This document shows positions 19,007-28,817 of a DNA stretch of 64,000 nucleotides, in pieces. A program made the position numbers and the translations under genes. Source of the DNA: Pelagomonas calceolata (Eukaryota); assembly GCA_918797485.1 (NCBI GenBank), contig CAKKNE010000001.1, forward strand, positions 4,092,001 through 4,156,000. The letters are read 5' to 3'. Below the pieces are notes generated by a model. It saw only the letters and a program-made list of their open reading frames with translations, was not told where the DNA came from and ran no database searches. Every line of letters starts with the position of its first letter. The first letter of the stretch is position 1.

Positions 19007-21226
19007 ATGCAGCAAGCCGAGGTGGAGGCAGCGCGCCGCGCGCTTGCCATTTTTCAGCAGAGGTCGCCCGATATCGACCCCGAGGTCTGGACAGTCATCC
19101 ACTGTCGCCTCCAAGACGATGCCGCGTCGGCCGCCTCGGAGCCCACAAAGATCTGCAGCGCCGGTTGCGGCCTGGCCGAGAACGCGCGCATGTTCTCGAA
19201 GAAACAATGGTCCGCGCGCGCCGTTCGACGGTGTGTCGCCTGCGTGAAGGCCTGCGTGGAGCCGAAGCTCTGTACGCACGGAAAGGGCGCCTTTGACTGC
19301 GCGGCATGCATAGCGATCGTAAAACGTGAGGCCGAGGCCGAGGCCGAGGTCGCAGCCGCAGAGCGCCGCAGAGCCGAGCCCGCTTGCGTCCTCGAGGCCG
19401 CGGTTCATGTCGAACCAGAACAACACGACGCAAATAAGAAGTACACGGAGGCCGTAGTGGTCGCGGCGAAGACGTGCGCCGAGGACGTGAAGGGCCAGAC
19501 GTGCTACATCTGCACGCAGGCCGTCCACTGGAGAACGAAGGAAGGCCTCGTGCGCGCATGCGCGTGTGGTGATCGTGAACGGTACGTTAGTGGCGTTCCT
19601 ACCGGGGCGACTGGCGTCGTGCACATCTCGTGCCTGGTGGAGCAGGCCAAGATTTTGATCGAGGATGCCGAGGAGAGGGATTTAGGCGCCAATGCGTTTA
19701 GTGAGAGGTGGTCGCGGTGGAGCCATTGTAGCTTGTGCGAGCAGGCGTACCACGGCGTCGTGCGGCGCGCGCTCAGCTGGGCGTGCTGGAAGACGTATGT
19801 GGGACGGCCGGAGGCGGACGTGACTCGACGCTTAGCGATGACGCTGTTTGGCAACGGTTCAGGCGACTTCGATCCCACTGACACCGACGATCTTCGGCCA
19901 GTCTGCGCGAATTGCGGTCGCGACAACGCGTCGAAGACGTGCGGCCGCTGCATGGCGCAGGCGTACTGCAGCACCGAGTGCCAGCGGGCCGACTGGAAAC
20001 GGCACAAGTCCTCGTGCCAGAGTGTGGAACTGGAAGACCGCGAAGAATCGAATGCATCGGAGCCCCCCGCCGACGCCGCCGAGGTTGAAAAATATCCGAG
20101 CAGGAGTGGACTCGAAAAGTCCGACCTCTTTCAGGCGATCCACAAGGCCGTCATTGCATCCGCAGACAGTCCGTCATTGAGGCTCGCAGACTCCCCAGTT
20201 TTTCTAGAGTTCACCAAGGCCGTCGCGGCGCACACGCAATACGCTCTCAACGCAGACCGTGGTAACCTGATGCAAAGATTGGCTCACGATATATTGGTGC
20301 ACACGCCCGAACAGCAGATGCTGGACACGATCAAATCAGCTGGTTGGGTTCCGTCCGAGGAACGTGCGCTTTTTCTCAAGCAATACAGATTTATCCTGGA
20401 GCTAAGGGCCAACAGTGAACAGGTGACTAAATCAAAACAAGAAATGGATAAGGTGAAAAAAATAATGGCCCAATATCTCGCTAGGGAGAACCGTGAAACA
20501 AAAAACTCCTGGGTGAAAAAACTGGTGGAGGACGCCGGTCGCGCGTATGAGCGGCACAGACGACAAAACCAAAGGGTCGAACGCCGAAAGTGCGACGTCT
20601 GCGAGCGGCAGGACCTGACGTCGGCACCCAGATTCATGATGTGCGCGGGCTGCGGTAAGCGGCGCTACTGCTCAGGGATTTGCCAGGAGAAGGACTGGCG
20701 CGAGAACGGACACAAGATGACCTGCGCGCCCATATCCGACTTCGCATGCCGAGTAACGGGGGGCTGCCCCGTCAGCGAGCGCGGCTACTGCGACTTCTGC
20801 GCCGAGACGTTCTGCCTGGACTGCGAAGATGACCTTAGGCGATGCGACGACTGCGGCTTGTATTCCTGCGGCTCTCAAGAAGCACACAAGTTCGGCCCTA
20901 TTGACAGAATTTGCCCCCGAATATGGGGGTGTGAAGCATGTGGAAAATATTATTGCCCGAGGTGCCAGGTTGTTGAAACATGCGTTATTTGTGATATGGA
21001 TTTTTGCGATTTTTGTGGCTCTAACTGCAGTATTTGCAACGACCCGATCTGCGACAAATGCTGCGATGCGCGCGAGGCTAAGGGCCTGGCCAATTTGTGC
21101 GCCCAATGCGCCGACGTGTCCGGATGGGAGCTCGTAGACGGCCGCTGGGTCAAGCGCCCACGGGCCGACGACGCGGTTCACGACGCGCTCGCGGACCGCG
21201 TCGGAGCCCTCGAGGCCAAACCCTAG
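19007..21226 (+). CDS. Multi-zinc-finger protein: Stc1-like finger, RING-variant, two MYND fingers, Cys-rich C-terminus
   Basis: CSAGC...FSKKQW...CVAC; CYICTQ...CAC...HISC...W..CSLC; CANC..CGRC..YCSTECQRADWKRHKSSC; CDVC..CAGC..YCSGICQEKDW..HKMTC; many CxxC pairs. Confidence 0.8.
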   Translation: MQQAEVEAARRALAIFQQRSPDIDPEVWTVIHCRLQDDAASAASEPTKICSAGCGLAENARMFSKKQWSARAVRRCVACVKACVEPKLCTHGKGAFDCAACIAIVKREAEAEAEVAAAERRRAEPACVLEAAVHVEPEQHDANKKYTEAVVVAAKTCAEDVKGQTCYICTQAVHWRTKEGLVRACACGDRERYVSGVPTGATGVVHISCLVEQAKILIEDAEERDLGANAFSERWSRWSHCSLCEQAYHGVVRRALSWACWKTYVGRPEADVTRRLAMTLFGNGSGDFDPTDTDDLRPVCANCGRDNASKTCGRCMAQAYCSTECQRADWKRHKSSCQSVELEDREESNASEPPADAAEVEKYPSRSGLEKSDLFQAIHKAVIASADSPSLRLADSPVFLEFTKAVAAHTQYALNADRGNLMQRLAHDILVHTPEQQMLDTIKSAGWVPSEERALFLKQYRFILELRANSEQVTKSKQEMDKVKKIMAQYLARENRETKNSWVKKLVEDAGRAYERHRRQNQRVERRKCDVCERQDLTSAPRFMMCAGCGKRRYCSGICQEKDWRENGHKMTCAPISDFACRVTGGCPVSERGYCDFCAETFCLDCEDDLRRCDDCGLYSCGSQEAHKFGPIDRICPRIWGCEACGKYYCPRCQVVETCVICDMDFCDFCGSNCSICNDPICDKCCDAREAKGLANLCAQCADVSGWELVDGRWVKRPRADDAVHDALADRVGALEAKP

Positions 21227-21273
21227 GGGATTGTAAAGTATGCATGTTAGTAAAGAAGGAGCCCAAAAACAAC

Positions 21274-22428
21274 TCATCGCTTCTTCGTCCGCTTGTGCAG
21301 CCGGCCCTGCGCCGAGTCGGCCTTGGGCGCGCGCTTGCCCTTGCTTCTGGCTGGATCCGCCGTCGACGCCGGCCGCACCGTGAAGGCGAAGCCGTTGAAC
21401 TGGGGCACGCGCACGCGCGCGCGGTTCTTCGACTCCTCGCCCTCCCTTTCAAAGATCTCGCCCGCGTCATCCTGATTGTGGTCGACGCGCGCCGCTTGGC
21501 TGTCGACGGGCGCCCGCCGCGCCGTCATCGCTTCCAGGGACTTCATGTCGCCCACTTTGCCGACCACTGGTCTCGCCCACGCCTCCACGAGATTCCGCGC
21601 CATCGTCCGATTATCTCTCGTTTCTTGCTTGTTGTTGGCCATCTTCATCACGATGCGGCCTATTCCAGATCTCTTCAAGTGTTCCGGTTGCGCTGGTAAT
21701 TCGCTCATGGCTTCGAGCAATGCTGTACGTATAGCGAGCATCGGCTGGACGCCCTTGTTCGGCGTGAGCCACTCCCTCACCAGATCCAACGCGTCGTACT
21801 CTAATAACGTCTGCCTTAGAGCTCGTTGTTTAAATAAGCGACCAACTAACGGCAGCAGCTTCACCTTCGCGGTCGCCGGCTCGCCGCGATTCAATGCCTC
21901 CTTATCCTCATTTAGAGCGTCGCCCATGCGCTGCAAGAGCGACTGGACAATTTTATCTTTATCGTCGGCACCCAGCTCCTTCCGCTTCTTCCGCTTCATG
22001 CGATCGAGCGTCGGCTTCATCGGATTGTTCTCGTCGTCCGCGCGACTAGGCTTCTTCTTCTCGTCGGCCTCGAAGTCGTCCCCTGCACCGGGTCTATCCC
22101 CGGCAAAGTTCTGCTTCTCCTTCGCGTACTCCGCGAGGATAGCCTTGTTCTCGTCCGTCTCGTCCGTGTTGTCGATGAAGGCGCGGTCCGCGTCGTCCAT
22201 GACGCCGTCGTCCTCGTCGTCGTAGGCGCCGCCCTCATCTTTCTTCTTTTGTTTTGGTGCGGCGGCGGCGTTCTTTTGGAGGCGCCCCGCTGGACGCTTC
22301 CGCTGGATCGGGGCTTCCTCTTCATCTTCGCTCAGCTCGAACAACTTGCCGACGTCGACGGGCGCCTGCTGCTGGGCGTCGTCGTCCTCGGAGTCCGACT
22401 CGCCGAAGATGTCCTTGATGTCGGCCAT
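21274..22428 (-). CDS. IWS1: Transcription elongation factor IWS1/Spn1
   Basis: Acidic N-terminus; TFIIS-N-like PATAKVKLL...LKRSGIGRIVM...LVEAWARPV; RARVRVP. Confidence 0.9.
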   Translation of the reverse strand: MADIKDIFGESDSEDDDAQQQAPVDVGKLFELSEDEEEAPIQRKRPAGRLQKNAAAAPKQKKKDEGGAYDDEDDGVMDDADRAFIDNTDETDENKAILAEYAKEKQNFAGDRPGAGDDFEADEKKKPSRADDENNPMKPTLDRMKRKKRKELGADDKDKIVQSLLQRMGDALNEDKEALNRGEPATAKVKLLPLVGRLFKQRALRQTLLEYDALDLVREWLTPNKGVQPMLAIRTALLEAMSELPAQPEHLKRSGIGRIVMKMANNKQETRDNRTMARNLVEAWARPVVGKVGDMKSLEAMTARRAPVDSQAARVDHNQDDAGEIFEREGEESKNRARVRVPQFNGFAFTVRPASTADPARSKGKRAPKADSAQGRLHKRTKKR

Positions 22429-22698
22429 ATCTTTGGGCGCGGCGCTCTTTGGGCGCGGCGCTTGGCGACTTTGCGGAGGTCTTTAGAGCGCGGCGGCGGC
22501 GTCCCGGGGTCGCGCGGCGCTTGGCGACTTGGCTGAGGGTTGGGCCTGGTGCTAGCTCGCTCTGCTGTGCGAGCGGACTAGGTGATGAGGGTGCAGTCTT
22601 AGGAGTGACTGATGCTCGCCCTGAGCTGTTTGCTAGCTTGAGCCGTTGGCTAGCGGCCGTACGGACGCTTTCGCGTCGCGAGCTCGGCTGCCGCTTTG

Positions 22699-22718
22699 CT
22701 AGTGTCTTACGCCGCTAG
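22699..22718. promoter_or_regulatory. CTAG motif variant, reverse orientation (CTAGCGGCGTAAGACACTAG on minus)
   Basis: About 270 bp upstream of IWS1. Confidence 0.6.
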
Positions 22719-22737
22719 GTCGATCTTAGATACCTAC

Positions 22738-23468
22738 TCACTCGCGCTTCCCGTGGTCTTCATCATCGTCCTCGGCCATTATAGCCTCATAGAAGTACTT
22801 GCACGAGAGCGTAAAGACCGCCGCCGCGAGCCACGCCATCGGACGGACGGGCGTGCACCTGAGTGGAAATCGCGTCGATGGCGTGGGGGGCTGACACGGT
22901 CGATCCGCGGATTGATTTCCTCACGGGCGGCACAAGAAATACTGCTGGAAGAACTGCAGGTGGAAGTCGGCTATCATATGCAGGTACGACGCGTAGAAGT
23001 TCATGTGCTTGTTGAGGAATGCGATCATGAGCAACAACGCGCTCATGAGCGAAGTCCCGATGAAGTAGAACATCTTCGTCGAGGCCTTGCCGCCAGCGGC
23101 CGGGGCATTGCCGATATACATCAGAGCCACGCCCGCGATCCAGTGTAGTAGACCCTGCAGGAACGAGAAGCGGGAGATCAAGAACTCGAACGGGAGATTT
23201 TTATGGAGAAAGCCCATCGGCGATATGGTCTCCTCGTACTCCTCAGCGATGTCGCGGTCGCCCAGGGATTTGAGCATTGTGCCAGTAACCGTCGTCGCGA
23301 ATATCGAGAACACGCTGAGGGCGAAGGCCGAGATGAGCAGGATATGAGCGGCGCGCTTGGTGAAACGCGCCCAGAGCTTCGTGTCCTTTTTCGTGGTCTT
23401 CAAGAAGTCCGCTTGATCGATCATCGTCGCGATGACGGCGCCGGCGACGAGCGCCGCCGGAGCGCCGA
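22738..23468 (-). CDS. Multi-pass membrane protein, copy 2 of tandem module (intron about 22859-22924)
   Basis: Aligns with 23485..24189 (GAPAALVAGA, TTVTGTMLK.LGD, NLPFEFLI.RF.FLQGLL.W, NAPAAGGKASTK); preceded by acceptor-like TTTCACACAG; splicing out 22859-22924 adds PVRPMAWLAAAVFTLSCKYFYEAIMAEDDDEDHGKRE-stop. Confidence 0.65.
22859..22924 (-). mobile_element. Small introner-derived intron
   Basis: Plus-strand CTGAGTGGAAATC...TTGATTTCCTCAC mirrors the TIRs of the 29934 element and carries CGCGTCGATGGCGT; removal keeps the frame (alternative donor at 22933 also in frame). Confidence 0.7.
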
Positions 23469-23484
23469 CTGTGTGAAATTACCG

Positions 23485-24189
23485 TCATCCTCCAACGAAG
23501 ACCTCCGCGAAGTGCGCGACCATGCCCATGTAATTCGCATAGAAGCTCATGTGCTTGTTCAAAAACGCGACCATGAGCATCACGACCGACAGCAGGAGGA
23601 AGCCGAAGAAAAAATATATCTTCGTCGACGCCTTGCCGCCCGCCGCGGGCGCGTTCCCGATGTACATGAGCGCGAGGCCCAGCATCCAATTTAACAGACC
23701 CTGGAGGAAACAAAATCTACAGATGAGGAACTCGAACGGCAGATTTTGATGCATGAAGGCCATGGGCGACGTCGTCTCGACCCAGTCCGTCTTGTGCCCA
23801 TCGCCGAGTCCTTTTAACATCGTGCCCGTGACAGTGGTTCCGAAGATCGAGAAGAGCGACATCGCCAACGCGGTGATCAACAGCACGTGGGCCGACCGCT
23901 TCATGTAGCGCGCCCATGTTTTAGTGTCGCGGCTTGTGGTTCTCAAAAAATCGCCTTGCTCCACAAGCGTGGCCATGATCGCGCCCGCGACGAGCGCGGC
24001 CGGTGCGCCGAGGTTCGCGAGCCAGTCAAAACTCTCGCCGGCTAGCGCTTCGATTTCGTCAGACGGCCCGTCCGCCGAGCCCCCGGATCCCGGGGTCTTC
24101 TTGCGGCGCGTTGTGAGCATGCTGCTAATGCTGTAACCTGCCTGGGCCGTGCCGCAGACTAGCGCGATCGTGAGCGTTTTCAGAGTCAT
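23485..24189 (-). CDS. Multi-pass membrane protein with signal peptide, copy 1 of tandem module
   Basis: MTLKTLTIALVCGTAQAGY signal peptide; about four hydrophobic helices; closely similar to the adjacent copy. Confidence 0.7.
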   Translation of the reverse strand: MTLKTLTIALVCGTAQAGYSISSMLTTRRKKTPGSGGSADGPSDEIEALAGESFDWLANLGAPAALVAGAIMATLVEQGDFLRTTSRDTKTWARYMKRSAHVLLITALAMSLFSIFGTTVTGTMLKGLGDGHKTDWVETTSPMAFMHQNLPFEFLICRFCFLQGLLNWMLGLALMYIGNAPAAGGKASTKIYFFFGFLLLSVVMLMVAFLNKHMSFYANYMGMVAHFAEVFVGG

Positions 24190-24459
24190 GGTCAGTCGAT
24201 GGAGAGAACTTTGTGTATACGAGGCGTGAGATTTGTAGCGGCTCTATTCGAGCAGTTTTGGCTTGTTTTGTGGGGGGAGAGCAAGCTCTGAGATTTTTGC
24301 TCCGCGGACGAACCCATAGGCGATCGCTCGGGAGACTCTCCGGACGACAGGGAAAGGTACCGGCATGGTGGAGCCGCGCCGACGACGTCCGGCGTCGACG
24401 CGGGCCAGCCCGGACGCCATCGACGCGATGCCCACGAGTAAGAATAAAAGCACGTAATA

Positions 24460-26241
24460 TTAGAACGCCCGGCACGCGGGGTCGTCCGGGTCCAGCATCG
24501 GGTGCACGGCGAGCCGCGCGTACTGCAGACTGCCCGAGTTCATGACCGACTCGTAGTTGATATCAGGTTCGCCCATGACTGATGCCGTCCTTTGTTTGGG
24601 CTTGCGCGTCATGAGCGTCGAAAAGGGCACCTTCAATTCCTTCTCGCGCTGGGCCTGGACTAACCTAGAGCGCCGATCCCAGCCGACCGGGTCCGACGCG
24701 CGATACGTATGCTTGTACGCCGGTACTTCATCCAATTCATAGAAGGCTTGGACCGCCTTGCCGAGGAAGGTTCGTCGCGCTTCTAATGAACTCATGTACA
24801 GGTTGTGCTCGAATTTCGTCTTGCCGGCTCGCGGCGGTACCACAAAAGAAGGCTGCGTCACTACCGTGGAATCATCAAGACCAGGTTTCACGCGAACAGC
24901 GACGTGCTCGGGCTCCTTCTCGTGGAACATGGGCGGGAAGGCCATGCGGTCGTGGTAGATTCGCGACGAGTTCCAGCGCGGCTGCGTCCACGTGCCATTT
25001 TCCACATAAGGTTCTCCTGGTCCTAAGGATGCCGGCCGGGCATCGACCGACTGCTTCTCTTTTTTAGGAGAGGCGTGATATTCGGAAGCTCCCTTGATGA
25101 TCTGTTGTTTCAGGCCCTCGTAGGACCGGCGCGCGGCGAACGTGATCGACGGCGACGCGAGCGGCGCGGGGGCCTGCGTGATGACTCGTGACGTCGCGGC
25201 GGCGGCGTGAGGTGAAAAAGGACGCCGCAATTGTACGGGTCCGGCGAAGGAGGCCGGCGCCGCGCCCTCCGAGGGCGCGGCGACTTGTTTCGCGGACGTC
25301 ATATCTGATATAAGTTTCGCCGCTTTGTAGTTCGGGTCCGTTTCCGCAATGGAATCGTTCAACAAGCCGTCGGCGCGCGTCCGCATACCAGAAATGGGCG
25401 GTCGCGGTTTCAGTGGCGGCTTCGTCGCGTCCGTGACACCGGCAAAGAGTGACGCAAAGGCGTCGTTCTTGATGGAGGCGCCGCCGTTGCCTCTCATATC
25501 ACGTGTTGTGCGTCGCCCTCGTAAAATAGTGGCCGTCTTCGGGATCTTTGATTCCACGACGCGTCGTTCCCTATCAGTCAACAAGGGCGGCGCGTGGCAC
25601 ACGTCCGCACAGCTTGGTGGTAGGAACACTCTCCCATCATTAGCAGCCTTCACCAAGGAAATCCAGTCGTCCCGGAAGGGCCGCGCCGTGACTTCTTTGG
25701 AGCAGGGGTCCGTCCGCGTTCGACACGCCGCGACGATGTCCGCGGCAGAAATGACCGGTGGTGCGGTGTTCGGCATGCCCTTGTTCCCGTAACCCGTTCG
25801 CTGTAAGCACTCCTGGACCATCAATTCACACCGCTGCTCCCAGCCTTCGGGAGGCGGTCTCACACTCATTTTTCGGGCAAATATAGCAATATCATGCGCG
25901 TCGACCTGGCCATCTCTAGGATAGTCCAAATCCGTCTGCTCGATGAAGTGCCTCACGGCCTCCGAGTCCACAGCTCTCGTCTGCACTCTTCTATGAGCTG
26001 CCTGTGCCGCCTTGACGTACCGCCGCGGCATGCGCACCTTGTCGGGGATGCCGCTCTCCCTTATGCCATCGTCCAAATCCGCGCCGACGACCGTGCCCCG
26101 GCTCGTCGTTGATGGATTGAAGGTGACGCGGCTGGCGCCCTTGATGGTGGGAGGCTGCCCCTCACCTCGCCCGTGTGTAGACGCCTGCTGGAGGTCGACC
26201 GCGCTACGCCGGAGCGCCGCGGCAGCAGTGGTGCACGACAT
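24460..26241 (-). CDS. Hypothetical protein (about 590 aa)
   Basis: Long ORF with coding-like composition; possible EF-hand-like DLDYPRDGQVDAHDI; start uncertain. Confidence 0.6.
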   Translation of the reverse strand: MSCTTAAAALRRSAVDLQQASTHGRGEGQPPTIKGASRVTFNPSTTSRGTVVGADLDDGIRESGIPDKVRMPRRYVKAAQAAHRRVQTRAVDSEAVRHFIEQTDLDYPRDGQVDAHDIAIFARKMSVRPPPEGWEQRCELMVQECLQRTGYGNKGMPNTAPPVISAADIVAACRTRTDPCSKEVTARPFRDDWISLVKAANDGRVFLPPSCADVCHAPPLLTDRERRVVESKIPKTATILRGRRTTRDMRGNGGASIKNDAFASLFAGVTDATKPPLKPRPPISGMRTRADGLLNDSIAETDPNYKAAKLISDMTSAKQVAAPSEGAAPASFAGPVQLRRPFSPHAAAATSRVITQAPAPLASPSITFAARRSYEGLKQQIIKGASEYHASPKKEKQSVDARPASLGPGEPYVENGTWTQPRWNSSRIYHDRMAFPPMFHEKEPEHVAVRVKPGLDDSTVVTQPSFVVPPRAGKTKFEHNLYMSSLEARRTFLGKAVQAFYELDEVPAYKHTYRASDPVGWDRRSRLVQAQREKELKVPFSTLMTRKPKQRTASVMGEPDINYESVMNSGSLQYARLAVHPMLDPDDPACRAF

Positions 26242-26559
26242 GTGATTCGGTGGGCGTACCGATGCGTTTGGCCGACCCAAGGCAGCAATTGGCCGCCTTG
26301 GAGATTAGCGCCGACGCTCTCCGGCATGCACCCGTACGAAATAACCGACGCGCGGGGACCCATGCCTGCGGTGGGTACGGCGTGGGAGCGTCCCGTCGTC
26401 CGTCGACGACCTGCCCTCATTATTTTCTCAAATGCAATTCGCACCCCGCGTCGTCGCCGCGTCGCGGCGCTGGCTTCTCCCGGTGCGGTCCACTCTTCCG
26501 CATTTACCGGGAGGCGTGACGTTTATGCCGTCCCCACGCCGTCGTCGCAGATCGCGCAA

Positions 26560-26581
26560 GCTAGCGCCAGTAAGACACTAG
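26560..26581. promoter_or_regulatory. CTAG motif variant GCTAGCGCCAGTAAGACACTAG
   Basis: Divergent spacer, about 140 bp upstream of ALG14. Confidence 0.6.
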
Positions 26582-26718
26582 CAAGCAGCCTGGGCTCCAA
26601 GGCCGCCCGCCCGTCTGGGCATAGAGCTGCCATAGTTGCCATAGAACTACCTGAAATTTTTTATAGTGACCTCTGGTCTTTGTCTGATACATCGCTTCCA
26701 TCGCTGCGACGCTAGACG

Positions 26719-27312
26719 ATGCTGTACACTGCCATTGCGGCAGGGGCAGTGGTGCTGCTCGCGCTGCTGCTGCGACGGCGACGAAAGCGCGACTCCCAAA
26801 AAAAGATAAAAACACTAGTCGTCCTCGGCAGCGGCGGCCACACGGCAGAGATGCTGCGACTCATCACGGACTTCGACTTTGACAGGTACGGCCCGCTCAC
26901 ACTCGTCACGGCGGCCACGGACACAACAAGTAGAGCCAAGGCCGAGCGCGAGCTGCCGCGAGAAGCGCTCGCGACGGCGCGCTGGGCCGCGATCCCGCGC
27001 GCGCGCGAGGTCGGCCAGAGCTTTGGGAGCTCGGTGCCCTCGACGCTGCGAGCGCTCTTCGCGTGCGTCCACCTGATCTGGACGGCATCACCAGATTTAG
27101 TCTTGGTCAACGGCCCCGGGACCTGCGTGCCCGTGGCCGTTTTGGGACGTTTGTCTGGCGCTCGTGTCATCTTCGTCGAGTCGTGGTGCCGCGTGGAGTC
27201 GCTCTCGCTCACGGGCCGCATCATGTATTGGGTGGCGCACCGCTTCGTCGTGCACTGGCCCGAGCTCGTGCGGCGGTACCCGCGGGCCGAGTACCTGGGG
27301 CGGATCTGCTAG
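26719..27312 (+). CDS. ALG14: UDP-N-acetylglucosamine transferase subunit ALG14
   Basis: N-terminal TM; VVLGSGGHTAEM, IPRAREVGQS, NGPGTCVP, FVESWCRVESLSLTG, VHWPEL. Confidence 0.96.
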   Translation: MLYTAIAAGAVVLLALLLRRRRKRDSQKKIKTLVVLGSGGHTAEMLRLITDFDFDRYGPLTLVTAATDTTSRAKAERELPREALATARWAAIPRAREVGQSFGSSVPSTLRALFACVHLIWTASPDLVLVNGPGTCVPVAVLGRLSGARVIFVESWCRVESLSLTGRIMYWVAHRFVVHWPELVRRYPRAEYLGRIC

Positions 27313-27798
27313 TCACGTTTTTGTCGTCGCTCGTCGTCGTGTTGTGTAATTTGTTTTCCTTTCTCCGAAGCGTGCGTGCGGTCGATTACGAGTGCGCCAT
27401 CCAACAGACGCGTCGCCGCGCTACGTTGCAGGTTTTGAGGCATCCAAACGAGCAGGCCAAAAGCTCAGGATTGTGCTCGTACTATCTTGAATCGGGCCCC
27501 GTCGCGCCCTGTACTCTCGCGTCGTTTGTTATTTAGCGCCGCGTTCACGCATCGACGCGGCCGCGTTCGTGAAATTGGCGTGTCACTGAGAGCGAGCTTG
27601 AAAAAGCTGAGCCAAAAGAACCTTGGCGACAGCCCGCCGCGCGGCCCGCGTCTCTCGCCTGTCGAGAGGAAGAGCTGACACCGCCGCCTCTGCCAAAGCT
27701 CGCCCGGCGCGAGCCCGGCCAGTCACCCACACGGCCGCCGACGTGAGTCGAGCGAAGTCGGAGATTCGTCCAGAGCATCATTCACGGCCAATTTAAAA

Positions 27799-28674
27799 AT
27801 GCGCCTGCTACCACTCTTGGTCGCCGCCGCGGTGGCGGAGGCCGAGCCTCTCGCCGTCAACGACGTCTGCTACCGCTTCTGCGAGGACGGCTCGAAGCCG
27901 ATGGTCGATCGCCGCGGCGACTGCCCGGCGGGAACGGCGTGCCGGACGACGCTACCGCCGGACGTTCTCGCCTTCGACAACTGCGACGCGCCCGACACGT
28001 GCCAGGCTGACACTGGCCCCGGGTTCATGCCCTCGCCAACCGCGCAAAACGCAACGGACCCGCACGACTCGGACAACTCGCACGGCGGTGAGAACTTCCT
28101 CTGCGGCGCCTACTGGGTGTTGATTCTATTGTTTGCTTTAACGCTCGCGACGGTCTTATACTACCGTCATTTGGTCCGCGTCGCCGAAAACGCCGAGCTC
28201 GAGAAGAGTGAGGCGCCAAAACGCGAGGCGGCCGCCGCGGTCCAGGAAGTAGCGGTGCCGCTCGACGACATGGACTTCTCCGCGCGGACGCACGACCTCT
28301 ACGCGAACGCCGAGTGCGCCGTGTGCCTCGCGGGCTTCACGGCGGACGACGGGCCCGTAGTGTTACCGTGCGCGCACGCGTTCCACGACGCATGCCTCAA
28401 GACGTGGTGGGCCACGCGCCTCGAGGGCGACGCGCAGATCACGTGCCCTATTTGCCGGAAGCCCTTCGGCGACGAGACCGGGCCGGCGCCGCAGGACGAC
28501 CTGGAATCGGGGCGCCCGCGCGCGGACTCCGTGCCGTCGCCGATGGGGTCCACCGCGCCGCTCCGGCGGGCGCGACCGCCCCCCACGCTCGAGCTGCCGC
28601 CGCTGGCGAACGACCTCGAGACGCGGGTGCAGCCCGTCGAAGTGCCCGGGGACGACGACTACACGCTCTCCTGA
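27799..28674 (+). CDS. Type I membrane RING-H2 E3 ubiquitin ligase with Cys-rich luminal module
   Basis: Signal peptide; luminal Cys module; TM YWVLILLFALTLATVLYY; CAVCL...LPCAHAFHDACLKTW...CPICR. Confidence 0.85.
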   Translation: MRLLPLLVAAAVAEAEPLAVNDVCYRFCEDGSKPMVDRRGDCPAGTACRTTLPPDVLAFDNCDAPDTCQADTGPGFMPSPTAQNATDPHDSDNSHGGENFLCGAYWVLILLFALTLATVLYYRHLVRVAENAELEKSEAPKREAAAAVQEVAVPLDDMDFSARTHDLYANAECAVCLAGFTADDGPVVLPCAHAFHDACLKTWWATRLEGDAQITCPICRKPFGDETGPAPQDDLESGRPRADSVPSPMGSTAPLRRARPPPTLELPPLANDLETRVQPVEVPGDDDYTLS

Positions 28675-28817
28675 GGTCTCACTTCCGCATCCTCCCTCCT
28701 CTGTCGGTACCTCCCCCCGCCCAGGAGCCGCGTCATCGCGTCAACGTCTCCGTTTTTGGCCACACCCTCCCTTGTGGCCAACCCCATATACATGTAGTGT
28801 ACTTTCTTGAATATTAC

